64,000 nt of DNA from Scyliorhinus canicula (lineage: Eukaryota): contig NC_052146.1 of the NCBI RefSeq assembly GCF_902713615.1, positions 161,434,853 to 161,498,852 on the forward strand. The letters are read 5' to 3'. A program made the position numbers and the translations under genes. Numbering within the stretch: position 1 is the stretch's first letter; every line of letters begins with the position of its first letter. The notes beneath the pieces are model-generated. The model searched no databases and was not told where the DNA came from. It was given only the letters and a program-made list of their open reading frames with translations. Below are positions 1 through 12,547 of this stretch, one piece after another.

Positions 1-95
1 TTGCAGGAGGCTGTTACGGGAATTGAACCATGCTGCTGGCCTGCCTTGGTCTGCTTTTAAAGCCAGCGATTTAGCCCTGTGCTAAACAGCCCCTT
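1..95 (-). mobile_element. tRNA-derived SINE, 5' head (family shared with 45361 and 58745)
   Basis: Reverse complement GGGGCTGTTTAGCACAGGGCTAAATCGCTGGCTTTAAAAGCAGACC...GGTTCAATTCCCG has A/B boxes; near-identical to 58860-58935. Confidence 0.8.
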
Positions 96-99
96 AAGG

Positions 100-360
100 T
101 AGCTGGCAATTAAAAACAATGGCGACACAATGAAAATCTTTTTCATGCATGACTGGTGGGGATCTGGAATGCACTGCCCGGGAGTGTCAGGTTCAGTTGA
201 AGGATTTAAGAGAAAATTGGATTAATAACTCAAGAATGTGCAGAGGCACAGGGAGAAGGCAGGGGAGTTGTACCAGCAAAATTGCTCCTTTGGAGAGCCT
301 GCACAAACATGATGGACTGAATGTCCTTCTTCTGTGCTGTTATCATTCTGTGATTCTGTA
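100..360 (+). mobile_element. Old CR1 LINE 3' end
   Basis: TGGAATGCACTGCC (WNALP) and the CR1 tail GATGGACTGAATGTCCTTCTTCTGTGCTGT...TTCTGTGATTCTGT. Confidence 0.7.
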
Positions 361-721
361 AAACCATGAGGGAAGTGAGTCAGAAAAATGAATCCAGAAG
401 AAGCGAGTGAAAGACTCCTGATAGTCAATTGGTGGAGGATGGAGCCAGAGCCAGTCTTTACTTGAATTTGATTTATTCAAAGTGAAACATTACAGGTATA
501 CCCCCGACACCACTCTTCACCTGTGTTAGTAAGTGTCTCTTTATATGTGTCAGTAAGTGTCTATTTATATGTATCAAGTAACTATCCAATCAATGCCCTT
601 AAAATATCTTTGACATTAGGGCATTTCATCACAGCTCTTATTCAAGCACATTAAAACTAGCACCCAGTCTTGCTTGACTGCAGAACCTATTTAACTGACC
701 AATGAAGCTCCACAGATACTC

Positions 722-2815
722 GGGGCGGGATTCTTTGTCAGCTGACACCGAAATCGGGAAAGGAAAATGGGCGGAGAATCGATGTGAGGCCACAATCGTG
801 GCCAGCGCTGGACGCCCGCCAGAATGCCATTCTCCAATGCCTCAACAGCGGCGTCAATGCGTTCTAGTCCGCATATACAGTAAATGCCGTTCGCATATCA
901 TAATCGAGCCTGACCCAATATTCACCGGGGTCTCTGCTATGCTCCTCCTCCAGCAGGAGGAATTACCAATGCCATGTTCAAATTGTGGTTTTGAAAATTG
1001 GGAAACAGGCGTCGTGGTCAATGAGGAAGAGAGAGGAGGTAGGACATGCAAATACCAATGGCAGGGCAGGCTGTGGGGTGGGAGGGCTTCTGCCATTCCC
1101 GGGGGTCAGTAGGGGGTGACGGAGGATAGCCAAGAGATGGGCCGTGGGGTCGGGGTGACCGCGCATGGGACCAGGGCGGCCAGGCACGGACTGCCGTTGC
1201 CAAGGCCTGCAAGGCATCTATCTTGCAGCCACCCCACAGACTGCCCTCCATGGCTTGCAGTTATGCTGTGACACAGGCCCTATGGTTGCACCCACCCCAA
1301 AACCCCCCATACCACATTCCTCACCCTCCACCCCACCAATTCTCCTCCCCCAACGAGCCGGCACCCGCTGGCAGGGCAGCACACAGCCCACCCAAGGGTA
1401 ACGGCCACAGTTGCCCCTATAGTAGGGCACAGGATGGGGACACGGAGAGAACAGCTAGCATGGATAGCGCCAGTCAACGGTACTCCTGGCAGCAGGGACG
1501 GGGGCCAGAAGCTCCTACGGTGCCAGGCCTCAGGTGCAGAGGGCAGAGTGCCATGGGAACAGCTGGGTATGGGAATGTGGCGGAAGGTGGACATGTGGGG
1601 GAATTGTTTGCAGTGCAGATCGGCGGCAACATGTAGCCTACAAACAATGGACTTCAAAATTCTCCAGAAATGGTAACCTTCATCGTAGTCATTGCAGCCT
1701 ATGGGGATGTACTGAAGCTGTACGAGTAGGAGCTGCTCGGGAGGAACAGGGCATGCCCCAGAGGGATAGCAGGCAGCCAGTGAGGATGGGGTGCCGAATG
1801 CCTAACAGGACGACGAGGAGGTCGGAAGTAGGCGCTGCATCCTGTCTTTTGTGTACCGACAGCGTCAGTCATTCAAGGACCTGCTGAACCGGGCATGCCG
1901 TCCAAGACTCTGGCTGAACAGTGGGATAGCGTGACAGATCTGCAATATAATGGGGCACCTGGCACTGTGGGAGTAAGGGGGAGGACAGCTGGTAGCCGTC
2001 AAGTTGACAGTTGGTCTGGACTTTTACACCACGGGGTCCTTCCAGGCGCAGAGTGGGGACCTGTCCGAAATCTCACAGATCTTGGTGCACAGGTGCATCC
2101 ATGCCGCAACAAAAGTCCTATATGCCCAATCGGCGCAATGCATCGAATTCACTGTGGGCAAAGGGTGCCCGGGCAGCGGCATCACCGAGTTGTCCAGGGG
2201 GTGATCGATTGGATGCATGTTGCCCTACGAACACCGGCCCGTGACGGGCAGTCTTCACAAATCAAAAGGGTTTCCACTCGAGAAACGTGCAGCTGGTGCG
2301 AGACCATGAGATGCACATCATGCACGTCTGCACTTGATACCCGGGCAGTGTGCACGTTGCCTGGCAGACTTGACAGTTCCTGACTTCTTAGAGGCTAACC
2401 CGGGCTGAGGGGTTGGTTCCTCCTGGGCCACAGGGGTTATCTGCTGCGGCATGGCTGATAATGTCTATCTGGAGGCCACAGACCAATGCAGAGACCTGCT
2501 AAAATGATGCCCATACCCCGACTAGCGGCGTAATCGATGGTGCTTCAGCAGTGTAGCCTTCCAGTGTAGCACTAGGGGGGGTTCTCCCACATCGAGGTGG
2601 CCTGTTGTGTCCTCCAAAACATCGCTCAACAGAGGGGCAATGTTCCGGAGGCAAAGGATGAACGCCGTGCCTCGCCTGACAAGGAAGATGCAGAGGAGGG
2701 CAAAGATGGCCAGAACATGGGGCCCTGTCAGGCCCAGTAGGCTGCACAAGGTGTGCACCAGGGCTGATGTGCACAGGAGGCTCTAATCTCCAGGTTCGCC
2801 AATTAGGTGAAGGTA
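722..2815 (+). mobile_element. PIF/Harbinger DNA transposon, left end plus degenerate HARBI1-like DDE transposase
   Basis: Terminus GGGGCGGGATTCT at 722. Frameshifted motifs FYTTGSFQ..GDLSEISQ (2004-2204), QGVIDWMHVALR (GxIDGTH-like), NQKGFHS, YPGSVH, LLGHRGY. Confidence 0.85.
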
Positions 2816-4500
2816 TGCGGGGAGTTTAAAAACCTACGTCGGGGACATGGCTTTCCTTTCAGGAGAGGAGCGGAGACGAGTGTTTGGACCAACGGCATCT
2901 TGGGAAGGTAAGCGGGTAAAACAGTGAATCTGAGGTTTAGACTGTGGGGAGCTGAAGAGTGACGTCACAGGAGGGCTAGTGATTTGATTGGCCAAGAGGA
3001 AACCTGCTAAATTTGAATCTACCTGGTCAGTAGTGGTGACTGGTTAGTAGTTTTTCTTTTCATTTATTTATTTATTTATTTACACTTGTGGTTGTATAAG
3101 TTAACCTAAGGTTTAAGACATGGCAGGACACAACAGACCCATGTCATGCTCCTCTTGTACGATGTGAGAGTTCAGGGACAAGTCCACTGTCCCTGCAAGA
3201 AGGAACTTGCACGGTTCCTTCACGTGCAAGAAGTGTGTCCAGCTGCAGCTCCTGTTAGACTGCTTGACGACACTAGAGCTTCAGATGGATTCACTTTGGA
3301 GCATCCATGATGCCGAGGAAGTAATGGATAGCATGTTTTGCGAGTTGGTCACACTGCAGATAAAGATTACTGAGGGAGATAGGAAATGGGTGACCAGCAT
3401 GCAGAGGAAGGGTAGGAAGGCAGTACAGGGGTCCCCTGCGATCATCTCCCTCCAAAACAGGTACACCGTTTTGGATACTGTCGGGGGAAATGGCTCACTA
3501 CAGGTAGGCAGCAGTAGCCAGGTTCATGGTATTCTGGATGCCTCAGAACGGCTGCAGGACATTCTTCAGGGGGAGGGTGAACAGCCAGCTGTTGTGGTGC
3601 ATATCGGCACCAACGATATAGGTAAAAAATTGGGATAAGGTCCTATATGCTGAATTTAGGGAGTTAGGAGCTAAAGTAAAAAGTAGGACCTCAAAGCTAG
3701 TAATCTTGAGTTTGCTACCAGTGCCATGTGCTAGTCAGAGTAGGAATGACAGGATAGACAGGATGAATACATGGCTTGAGAGATCGTGCAGGAGGGAAGG
3801 ATTCAGATTTTTGGGATATTGGAATCCATTCTGGGAGAGGTGGGACCATTTCAATACCTGGGCAGGACTGGAACCAATGTCCTGGGGTGGGTTGTTTGCT
3901 AGAGCTGTTGGAGAGGGTTCAAACTCATGGGCAGGGGTTGGGAACCAATCCAGAGGGGGCAGAGGGTTGGGAACCAATGCAGGAGGGCAGGGGGTTGGGA
4001 ACCAATGCAGGAGGGCAGGGGGTTGGGAACCAATGCAGGAGGGCAGGGGGTTGGGAACCAATGCAGGAGGGCAGGGGGTTGGAAACCAATGCAGGAGAGC
4101 AGGGGGTTGGGAACCAATGTAGGAGGGCAGGGGGTTGGGAACCAATGCAGGAGGGCAGGGGGTTGGGAACCAATGCAGGAGGTCAGGGGGTTGGGAACCA
4201 ATGCAGGAAGTCAGCGTAGAAAAGAGACGATAGAACCAAAAGCCAGTGGGGAGAAAAATGGAAGGCAGAGAAACAGATTGAACTGCATTTATTTCAATGC
4301 AAGAGGCCTAACGGGCAAGGCAGATGAACTCAGGGCATGGATAGGTACATGGGACTGGGATATTATAGCTGTTACTGAAACATGGCTAAAGGTGGGGTAG
4401 GACTGGCAGCTCAATGTTCCAGGGTACAGATGCTATAGGAAAGATAGAACAGGAGATAGGAGAAGAAGGGGAGTTGCAATTTTGATTAGGGACGTACAGA
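2816..4500 (+). mobile_element. CR1 LINE 5' part: 5'UTR, ORF1 (zinc finger + SGNH esterase), start of ORF2 endonuclease; 3'-truncated
   Basis: ORF1 remnants FTCKKCVQLQLL, ISLQNRYTVL, VVVHIGTNDI, WLERSCRREGFRF; ORF2 start LNCIYFNARGLTGKADELRAWIGTWDWDIIAVTETWL. Confidence 0.9.
3928..4208 (+). repeat. 28-bp minisatellite, about 10 copies, inside the CR1 ORF1/ORF2 junction
   Basis: Unit GGGCAGGGGGTTGGGAACCAATGCAGGA repeated head to tail with few substitutions and no spacers. Confidence 0.95.
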
Positions 4501-4932
4501 GAGAGGGGGCGGGTTTCTCCCGCGGGTGGGAGAATCGCCGGGGGGAGGGGGCGCGAATCAGGGCTGCTGGTTCTCAGGTCCTCTGCACCATTCGGTGAGA
4601 TGGGATGGGGCACCAGAATGGTGAGCGTTGGCTGAGCTGGAGTCCCTGGCCCAAGCCCACCCCACCATCAGCCGAGCTCCCCTCCCCAACCTACTGCATC
4701 CAGCCCGGCCCACCCCATCCCTCACACTCATCTGACAGAGCATCGAGGCAGGTTGAAACATTTTGAACAGGTGTTTATGATGAAACGGTGAAGATCTGTG
4801 CAGGTTTGTGCCCGAGCCCCTAATGCTGTACTGTGTGCTGCACCCCGTCAACATAACTTGTGTCTATCTTTCTGGCTTAACGGGCTTAAGGCTACTGCTA
4901 GGTGGATCCACAGGTGGTACATCAGGAGTGGA

Positions 4933-5134
4933 GGCGGCATGGTGGCACAGTGGTTATCACCGCTGCCTCACGGGGCCATGGACCAGGTTCGATCCTGGCC
5001 CCAGGCTGCTGTCTGTGTAGAGTTTGCACATTCTCCCCATGTCTGCATTGGTCTCACTCCCACAACCCAAAAATGTATAGAGTATGTGGGTTGTCCACGC
5101 TAAATTGCCCCTTAATTGGAATTTTTTTAAAAAA
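4933..5134 (+). mobile_element. HE1/V-SINE-type tRNA-derived SINE, short-tail variant, nested in Harbinger
   Basis: TGGCACAGTGG A box, GGTTCGATCC B box, V-domain TGTGTAGAGTTTGCACATTCTCCCC, tail AAATTGCCCCTTAATTGG. Confidence 0.85.
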
Positions 5135-5603
5135 GGGGTGAAGGCAACCACCCTATGACATGGGTTCCTTTTGGCTGCCATCTTCTGGGGCGAGTGGGCC
5201 TGATGTTCGGGTGGCCCAGATGGCGTGGTGCTGCCATATTCTGCCCGCTGCCTATCATATGCGCGAGGGACAGGAGGGATGGGGAGTCCGAGTCGCTGTG
5301 GTGTTCCGGCACCACCCCTGCGCGAGTCGTGAGCACAGGCCCCATCACCTTCTCCTCCCTTGGGGTGCCCGATGACCCCCAGGCTACTCCTTGGGATAGG
5401 GGTGCGAGCAGATCTACCCCCTGAGGTTCCTCCGCCACCTGACACTGCCAGTTCTGTCTTGGCTGTGGTCTCAATGCCTACGGCCATGGAGCACTTCCCT
5501 CTGGGACATGTGCGATATCACCCAGTGACTGCTACCACCTTCTGAGTCTGTGCCACATTAGTCAGTGACTATTCCACCTCCCTCCTTGCCTGGCTCAGCG
5601 GAG

Positions 5604-6218
5604 TGTCATGTGAGAGTACCTTTAAGAAATTGGTATTTATAAATGGGTGTATATATAAATATCTGTAGTGAGAGTACCTTTAAGAAATGGGTGTTTATTA
5701 CTGCAGTGATGTCAGAGAGTGGGTGGAGCTGGGCTGTCTGTCAGCTTTTACTTTCGTTTTAGGCTGTTTGCTGCAGGGTGTGTTTTAGTTTTGTTTTCAG
5801 AGCTGGATAGCTGCAGTCACAGCCAGAAGGGATATTAATCTCTCTCTGTAATCTAAAAACTGTAAATCGATCCTTTGGTGATTTAAAACTAATAACTGCT
5901 CTCAGTAGTGACTTTAACCTGATGTGCTTCTGTTAAAAGGTGTTTTTAAGTCCTATTGATGTTGAAAGGAAAGCTCAAAGGATTACTTAGTGATGTATTC
6001 TTTGGGGGTTGTATTTGAATTGGTGGTTGCTAAGATGTTCACTGTATGTTTAAAATGGTTAACTTGAGTTCATAGAATAAACATTGTTTTGCTTTAAAAA
6101 ATACTTTTCCATTTCTGCTGTACCACACCTGTAGAGTGGGCCGTTAATCTATTAAAAGTTGTGGGTCAGGAGAACTCCATGATACACTTTGGGGTTCTCT
6201 AATCCCTGGCCCATAACA
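5604..6218 (+). mobile_element. Solo LTR (Gypsy-type), 615 bp
   Basis: TGTCATG...ATAACA ends, 4-bp TSD GGAG (5600-5603 and 6219-6222), TATA-like and AATAAA signals; same family as 48580-49179 and 39179-39732. Confidence 0.9.
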
Positions 6219-7135
6219 GGAGTCAGTGCCCGGGCAATGCTGTTGATGCCCTCAGCCATGGCCAGCTGTGACTGGGCCACGCTCAGGAGTGGCGCTGCAA
6301 TGTCCAGGTAGCTCTGGTACACGGCTGCCTGTGGCAGGGCAGCCCTGTCTTGGGCCTCAGCCACCGCCCGCACAGAGTGCCCCAGGCCTTGTACATCCCG
6401 ACCCATGGCTGATGCCTTTGCCACCTGTGCGGTATTGGCCTGGGTAGCACGCATTGTTGGCACCACCTCCTAGTCCTGCACGCGGTTGGACTCCTTCAAC
6501 GGCACCTGCAGCTGCTGGTTGGTTTCTGACAGCCACTCATATAGTCCCAAGTTCTGTGTCTGCGAATCGAACACCGCTTTTCATCCAGCAGAATCTCCAG
6601 CTTGGTGTCCACAAAGCGGGGTGCTGCTCCCCATGCTGCCATCCTGTTGGCTGAAATGTGTGTGTGGGGGAAGTGGAGTGCTGCTATGCAACTGCAGCTA
6701 GTCAGTCTCTCAAGTGGCAATCCCTACCCTGGCGAATCAAACACCACTTTTCATTGGAATTGATCGTGTTTCACGCGGCGCTGGTGCTAGCCCATTAACA
6801 GATCGTGAATTGCTCAGAGTTCGGCTCCAATTTAGTCGTCATAGAAGTCCACCAATTCAGTCCTGGCATCAACGCTTAGTTTCTCAAACGGAGAAACCCG
6901 CCTGAGGTGTCAACCTGGTGAAGCTACAACACTGGATTACTTGTATGCCAAACAGCATAAGCAGCAATTAACAGAGCTAAGTGATTCCAAAACCAATGGA
7001 TCAGATTTAAGCTCTACAATTCTGCCACATCCAGCCATGAATGGTGATGGACAATTAACAACTCACTGGAGGAGGAGCTCCGCATAAAACCCCATCCTCA
7101 ATGATGGAGGAGCTGAGCACATCAATGCAAAAGGT

Positions 7136-8619
7136 AAGGAAAAAGAATAAAATATAGGTCAATTTTGCTGAATTTCGGTCCATCAGCCAGGCCAGCAAAA
7201 AGGTCTCCAATCCGGGGAAGTGGATATTGTTCAGCACACAGCAAGGGGTTAACAGTAACATCGAAATCCCCACTGATACGTATGGAAACAGCTTTCTTGA
7301 ACACTGGTTCAATGGCCGTTGTCCATGGGGGACACATTTCAAGACTCTTATTTTGACCAGACATTCCAGATCAGCTTCAACATTTGTCGCATGGCATTGA
7401 ATTCACCATGTTCAGTGAGCTGTTTAAGTACTGCAACATAGTGCGCAATTGTTTCTCCTTTTGGTTTCCTTTGTGAAACCTAAATCTTTCTGCTATGACA
7501 AGTGGCTTAGGGGAAAAATGTATTTCCAATATTTTTACAATGTCTTTCTATGATTTTGTGCCAGGCTTGTCAGGTAGCGCCAAGCTTCTTAATAATCCAA
7601 AGGTTTTCGGTCCCATCACACTGAAGGAAGTTGCCATTTTTCTATAATTTTCAGGTAGCGCCAAGCTTCTTAATAATCCAAAGGTTTTCGGTCCCATCAC
7701 ACTGAAGGAAGTTGCCATTTTTCTATAATTTTCAATCCCATTCGTAAAGGGAAAAAAACTCAAACATTCGGCGTAGGAGCTTCACGGTTTCACGGTCTCA
7801 TCAAAATGTCCCATTGGTCTGCCAAGCCTTTTATTTATCTTTTTTATCAGTTGCAGTGTTGCCGTTTTATATGTATTGCTGCTTTAAGACTGTCATCGTT
7901 TCTTTCACTCAGCAGCCTCTGCAGCCGCTGGTTGAATCTCTGTGATTTTCCTGTGCTTTTTTGGCCAGACCTGTGATCGTGGCTGCTTATTCTTGACTTT
8001 TGAGAACTTCTCACTTATTTTTCAAACCACTGTGGTTTTCTTCTATTTTTTAAACATTGAGGGCTGTTTGCTGGCTGCCAGTTTTCACTCTTTTACAGGA
8101 TTCTTTTTTTAACTTAAAGCTGCTTCGAGTGCCAGCTGATTTTGTTCTCTGAGGAATTTCTTTTTACTACCTCGTTTCTGTTATTTTTTTTAAAGTCCTG
8201 TTTTTTTAATGTAAAATAACTGTGCCTCTGGTTGCCATTTTTAAAATCTTCCGAACAGCTGCAATTCCTTTTTTACATTCTATTTTACAGGTTTTGTTTT
8301 GTTCCAAACACCATTGGTCCCTGTATTTAACTGCCAGCTTTTACTGCAGTGCAGTACAATCCAGTATGGGTTTGGGTGAAAATTAAAGTTTCCTTACTTT
8401 ATTTTCACTTTTGAAGTGGCTTGACACAAATGTCCATCATTCTCATTGTGTTGAGTTTTTGGTCCTGGAACCTTTTAAGATCAATCGGTACACAAATAGT
8501 CACAAGAGGTGATTAACATTGTAACAGTTAATTATAGCTGTTGCAGTTAAACTAATAAAGCATGGATCCTGCCATGAACTGACTTGCAAAGTATGGCAAG
8601 CCAGACGGAATACATAACA
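7136..8619 (-). mobile_element. Gypsy/Ty3 LTR retrotransposon fragment (5' region, gag, deleted directly into RT)
   Basis: Gag SVMGPKTFGLLRSLALPDKP..HFSPKPLVIAERFRFHK; RT IRISGDFDVTVNP..EQYPLPRIGDLFAGLADGPKFSKIDL; possible LTR start TGTTAT at 8619. Confidence 0.8.
7570..7734. repeat. Exact 81-bp tandem duplication within Gypsy gag
   Basis: Units start at 7570 and 7651 and give ENYRKMATSFSVMGPKTFGLLRSLALP twice in frame. Confidence 0.95.
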
Positions 8620-8715
8620 CAGTCCATGTCTAAATGCAGTAAGACCTGGACAGTATCCAGGTTTGGGCTGACAAGTGATCAATAACATTCCTGCCACACA
8701 AGTGCTAGGCATAAC

Positions 8716-9115
8716 TGAGAGTTTGGCTCAAGATAGAATCAGAACTTGATGGAAAATGGAATGTCAAAGCTTTGTGTAAAATGTGTACGTGACTTTTGAG
8801 ATGAATCGCTTCTGCTTTTGCACTGGTCAATTTGCAATAACAGGACGCAGCTGAAATGGGTTCCTCATTCCAGAGATAATAATAATTAAGCTGAGAGCAA
8901 CAGAATATGTCCCTAATTTCGGCCTCTAAGGGGGCCGTCCTCAGAAAAGGGACAGTGTCATATTGTATATAAGCTACTGTCAAATGTACTAATATTGGCT
9001 TGCTGCGGTGCTCCCCGAAGCACAGTGGTGTAGCCCCGGCCGTGAATAAACATATGTTGAAGTGACTTGGTGTTCAATTGATCCTTTCATCCGGACTGAG
9101 AGTAGCAAATTCTCA
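8716..9115 (+). mobile_element. Solo LTR, 400 bp, second family
   Basis: TGAGA...TCTCA inverted termini, 4-bp TSD TAAC (8712-8715 and 9116-9119), TATATAA near 8966 then AATAAA near 9046; cleanly splits LINE B. Confidence 0.85.
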
Positions 9116-10337
9116 TAACCATCTACAATAGAGAGAATCTAAACATCACCCCATGGCATACCAGCACGGCGTCCCCCACCATCAACATCTTGTGGGTTAC
9201 GATTGGCCAGAAACTAAGCTGGACTAGTCATATAAAAGCTGTGGCTACAAGAGCAGTCAGAAATCTTGCGTCCATAACTCACCTCCTGATTCCCCAAAAC
9301 CTGTCTACCGTACACAAGGCACAAGTCAGGAGTATGATGGACTACTCTCCTCTTGCCTGGATGAGTGCAGCTCGAACAACATTCAGGAAACTTGACACCA
9401 TCCAGAACAAAGCATCCTGCTTGATTGGCACCCCTTCCATAAACATTCACTGCCTTCACCATCAGCACACAGTGGCAGCCGTGTTGTCATCTGCAAGATG
9501 TACTGCAGAAATTTACCAAGGCTCCTTTGTGAGCACCTTCCAAATTCACGACCTCTACCATCTAGAGGGACAAGGGAAGCAGGTTCATGAGGAAACAACC
9601 ACCTCAAAGCCATTAAGCCACTCACCAGCCTGATTTGGAAATATACCTTCACTTTTGCTGGGTCAAAATCCTGGAATTCCCTCCTAATCCTCTGTGGATG
9701 TGACATGTGTGACAAGGTAGCATAAAATCCTAGACCACTTGTGTGATACTAGGCCACCATAGAGATTATAGGCATTTAGCTAGACCTTAGGGACTTCTGT
9801 GGAGGCTGTGAAGAATATTTGTTGCATGGCATGTGGAAGTTTTAAATTATGGTCATAAACTGGAAGGTTGTCCACAATGGTCAAGTGGGCTTGTTACTCA
9901 TAGTAATTGTGGATAAGTCAATCAGTATTGTATTTGAATCTTCTCTGGAGACAGAACTGCTGAAATTTAATGTATTCAGCATCCTCTTGATGATCACATT
10001 GACCACTCTGTAGGTTTGTGGCTTATATGAGCAGGATGATGGCAAGGAAAATATTTCCACTACTGACACTAATGTAGAATTAAGGGCAACAGCATGGTCG
10101 ACTTGGATCTGGAAAGAGCATCAGCCTCGTTTGTGACTTATCTGGAATATGGACGGTTGTTTATTGGTACTGCATCAACCTGAGGTGATATTGTTGAATA
10201 CAAATAGGAATCTTATCAATCTCCATGGAACTGAGGAGTGTTATGAGGGGTTTGTAGTTTGTTTCCAACTGGACGGGTAGCCCCATCAAGTGATCAGAAA
10301 AGTGTTCAGCCATTTATGTGCTGGGGGCAGTGCCTCT

Positions 10338-11022
10338 TTTTCTTTTTTTTTAATTTAATAAACATTTTATTGAGGTATTTTTGGTTTTACAACAATAACA
10401 AAATAAACTGTACATGAATTTATATATAGTGCAAAAGCCGTTTTCCTCCCTCACAGGTCCCACTTTTATTAACCCCCTACACTAAACTAAGCTAACCCCC
10501 CCCCCCCTTCTGCTGACGATTAATTTTCCGCAAAGAAGTCGACGAACGGTTGCCACCTTCAGAGGAACCCTAACATCGACCCTCTCAAGGCGAACTTGAT
10601 TTTCTCCAAACAGAGAAAGCTAGCCATGTCCGATAGACAGGTCTCCGACTTCAGGGGCTTTGGGTCCCTCCAAGCTAATAATATCCGTCTCCAGGCTACC
10701 AGGGAAGCAAAGGTCAGAACGTCTGCCTCTTTCTCCTCCTGGATTCCCGGATCTTCCGACACTCCGAAAATCGCCACCTCTGGACTCGGTGCCACCCTTG
10801 TTTTCAACACCGTGGACATGACAGCTGCAAACTTCTGCCAGAATCCCCTCAGCTTTGGGCATGTCAGAACATGTGGACATGGTTCGCTGGTCCTCCCGTA
10901 CACCTTGCACACCTATCTGCTACACCAAAGAACCTGCTCATCCGGGCCACTGTCATGTGAGTCCGGTGAACAACCTTAACTGTATCAGGCTGAGCCTGGC
11001 ACATGTTGTGGACGGGTTGACT
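10338..11022 (-). mobile_element. L1-clade LINE, 5'-truncated 3' end
   Basis: ORF2 C-terminus CPKLRGFWQ..VAIFGV..ILLAWRDPKP..LEKIKFALRG; AATAAA and poly(A) on the minus strand. Confidence 0.85.
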
Positions 11023-11957
11023 TTAATCTGGCATTCTAAGACTTCTTTCTGTGCTCACCCCAGTCCAACGCTGGCATCTCCACATAACGGAATAAGAGAG
11101 AGGGATTAAAAAATAAAAACAAATTGAACAACATTTTGAAAAATTTGCAATCATCATGAAAATTTGAAGGAACGCAGTCCCTCCTTTCATCCCAGTTAGT
11201 AACTTCTCAGTGTCAGAGAGGCTGTTTGCTGTAATGAATACACCCCATTGTGAGAAATTCACTTACCTTAATGCACAAACCCTAAATTTTTCTGGCAGGT
11301 TCAGTGGGTAACTAATGGCTGAATACAACAATGCAATGCTCTTTATTTTAATACCAGCATACTCAAATTTGAAGCTTGGGACAACTTGAACAGTAACTTC
11401 CAGATCTGTGTTTAATTGCACATTTGCGGATGCTGGAATTTGATGTTCCGATTACTCGATAACTTGGCAGTGATAGACTAACCACATTCTTAACATAATA
11501 ACTGGGCTTAAGTCTAATGAGAAGAGCAGGATCCCTGATGAAACGGTGCTCACTTGTGGGGTGTTACCCATAAAATGTTGAAGTCTGAACTGGGGCATGA
11601 ATCACAGTCAGTTTGAACCAGCTGTATGAGTATTGACAACTCAGTTTTGGTAATTGAAAAGAGTGGGCGGGGAGATGGGATTGATTTTACTCAATAATTC
11701 ATTGGTATTTGTTTCGGCAATTTGTCAGTGCTTTGGTGATAATGTTAACAGCTCTGATTTTGTATTTCTAGAAGTCAAATCACACAATCACCCAGTCAAG
11801 CAAGCTTTTTCCCATCTCTAATACTTTTATAAATGTCAAAAAAAATGTTCTTTTTTGTGGAAGTAAAATACAGCAGATGCTGGAGATCTGAAATAAAAAC
11901 AGAAAGTTCTGTAAAAACGCAGCAGGTCTGACAGCATCTGTGGAGAGAGGAGCACAG

Positions 11958-12507
11958 GGCGGGATTCTCTCAGTCAGGCCGGAGAATCGCCGCGACCGGC
12001 GTGACGCCAGTGGGGGACCGCTCTATACGCGCCCCCCCCCCCCCCCCCCCCCCCGCCGATTCTCGGCCTCAGTTGGGCCGAGCGGCCGCAGCAAAAAACC
12101 AGAATCACGCCGGCACCGTTCTAACCTGCTCTCAGCCGGCGGGACCTCGGCGTGAAGGGTCCGGGGGTGGCCTGTGGGGTGGGGGGGGGGGGGTCCTTCG
12201 TTGTGGCCTGACCCGCGATCGGGGCCCACCAATCGGCTGGTCAGATCTCGTGCTGGGGGCATCTTCTCTTCCGCGCCGACCCCTGTAACCCTACGCCATG
12301 TTGCGTCGGGGCCGGTGCGGAGAAGGCGTGCGCGTGTTGACCCCGCACGCCCAGTTGACGCTGGGATCAGTAGCTGGAGTAGTGAAGGTCGCTCCAGTGC
12401 CATGTTGGCCCCCTGTAGGGGCAGAATTGCTGATCCTGAGGTCATGTTGACGCCGTCCGGAAATTCAACGGCGTCAACACTTAGCCTCAGGATCACAGAA
12501 TCCCGCC
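11958..12507. mobile_element. Harbinger-type MITE
   Basis: TIR GGCGGGATTCT / AGAATCCCGCC, 3-bp TSD CAG, GC/CpG-rich body. Confidence 0.85.
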
Positions 12508-12547
12508 CAGAGTTAATGAGCAGGCTGCTTCTCAGCCACACGCCGTT

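Larger units (their letters stand above)
4508..6902 (-). mobile_element. Non-autonomous Harbinger carrying a remnant of the Myb/SANT accessory gene 3' part
   Basis: Perfect 13-bp TIR GGCGGGTTTCTCC (4508-4520) / GGAGAAACCCGCC (6890-6902). Internal sequence resembles 42806-46454; coiled-coil remnant MVPTMRATQANTAQVA. Confidence 0.8.
6905..9700 (+). mobile_element. CR1/L2-type LINE family B, fragmented (6905-7135, 8620-8715, 9116-9700)
   Basis: ORF2 remnants EWxWTI..LTGGG and KAQVRSMMDYSPLAWMSAA..KLDTIQNKA; resembles 33645-35470. Confidence 0.8.

Noticed and set aside
3928-4208. CRISPR-like array or repeat-protein ORFs
   Set aside because: Contiguous tandem units with no unique spacers, eukaryotic context, no cas genes; the overlapping ORFs are by-products of a stop-free 28-bp unit.
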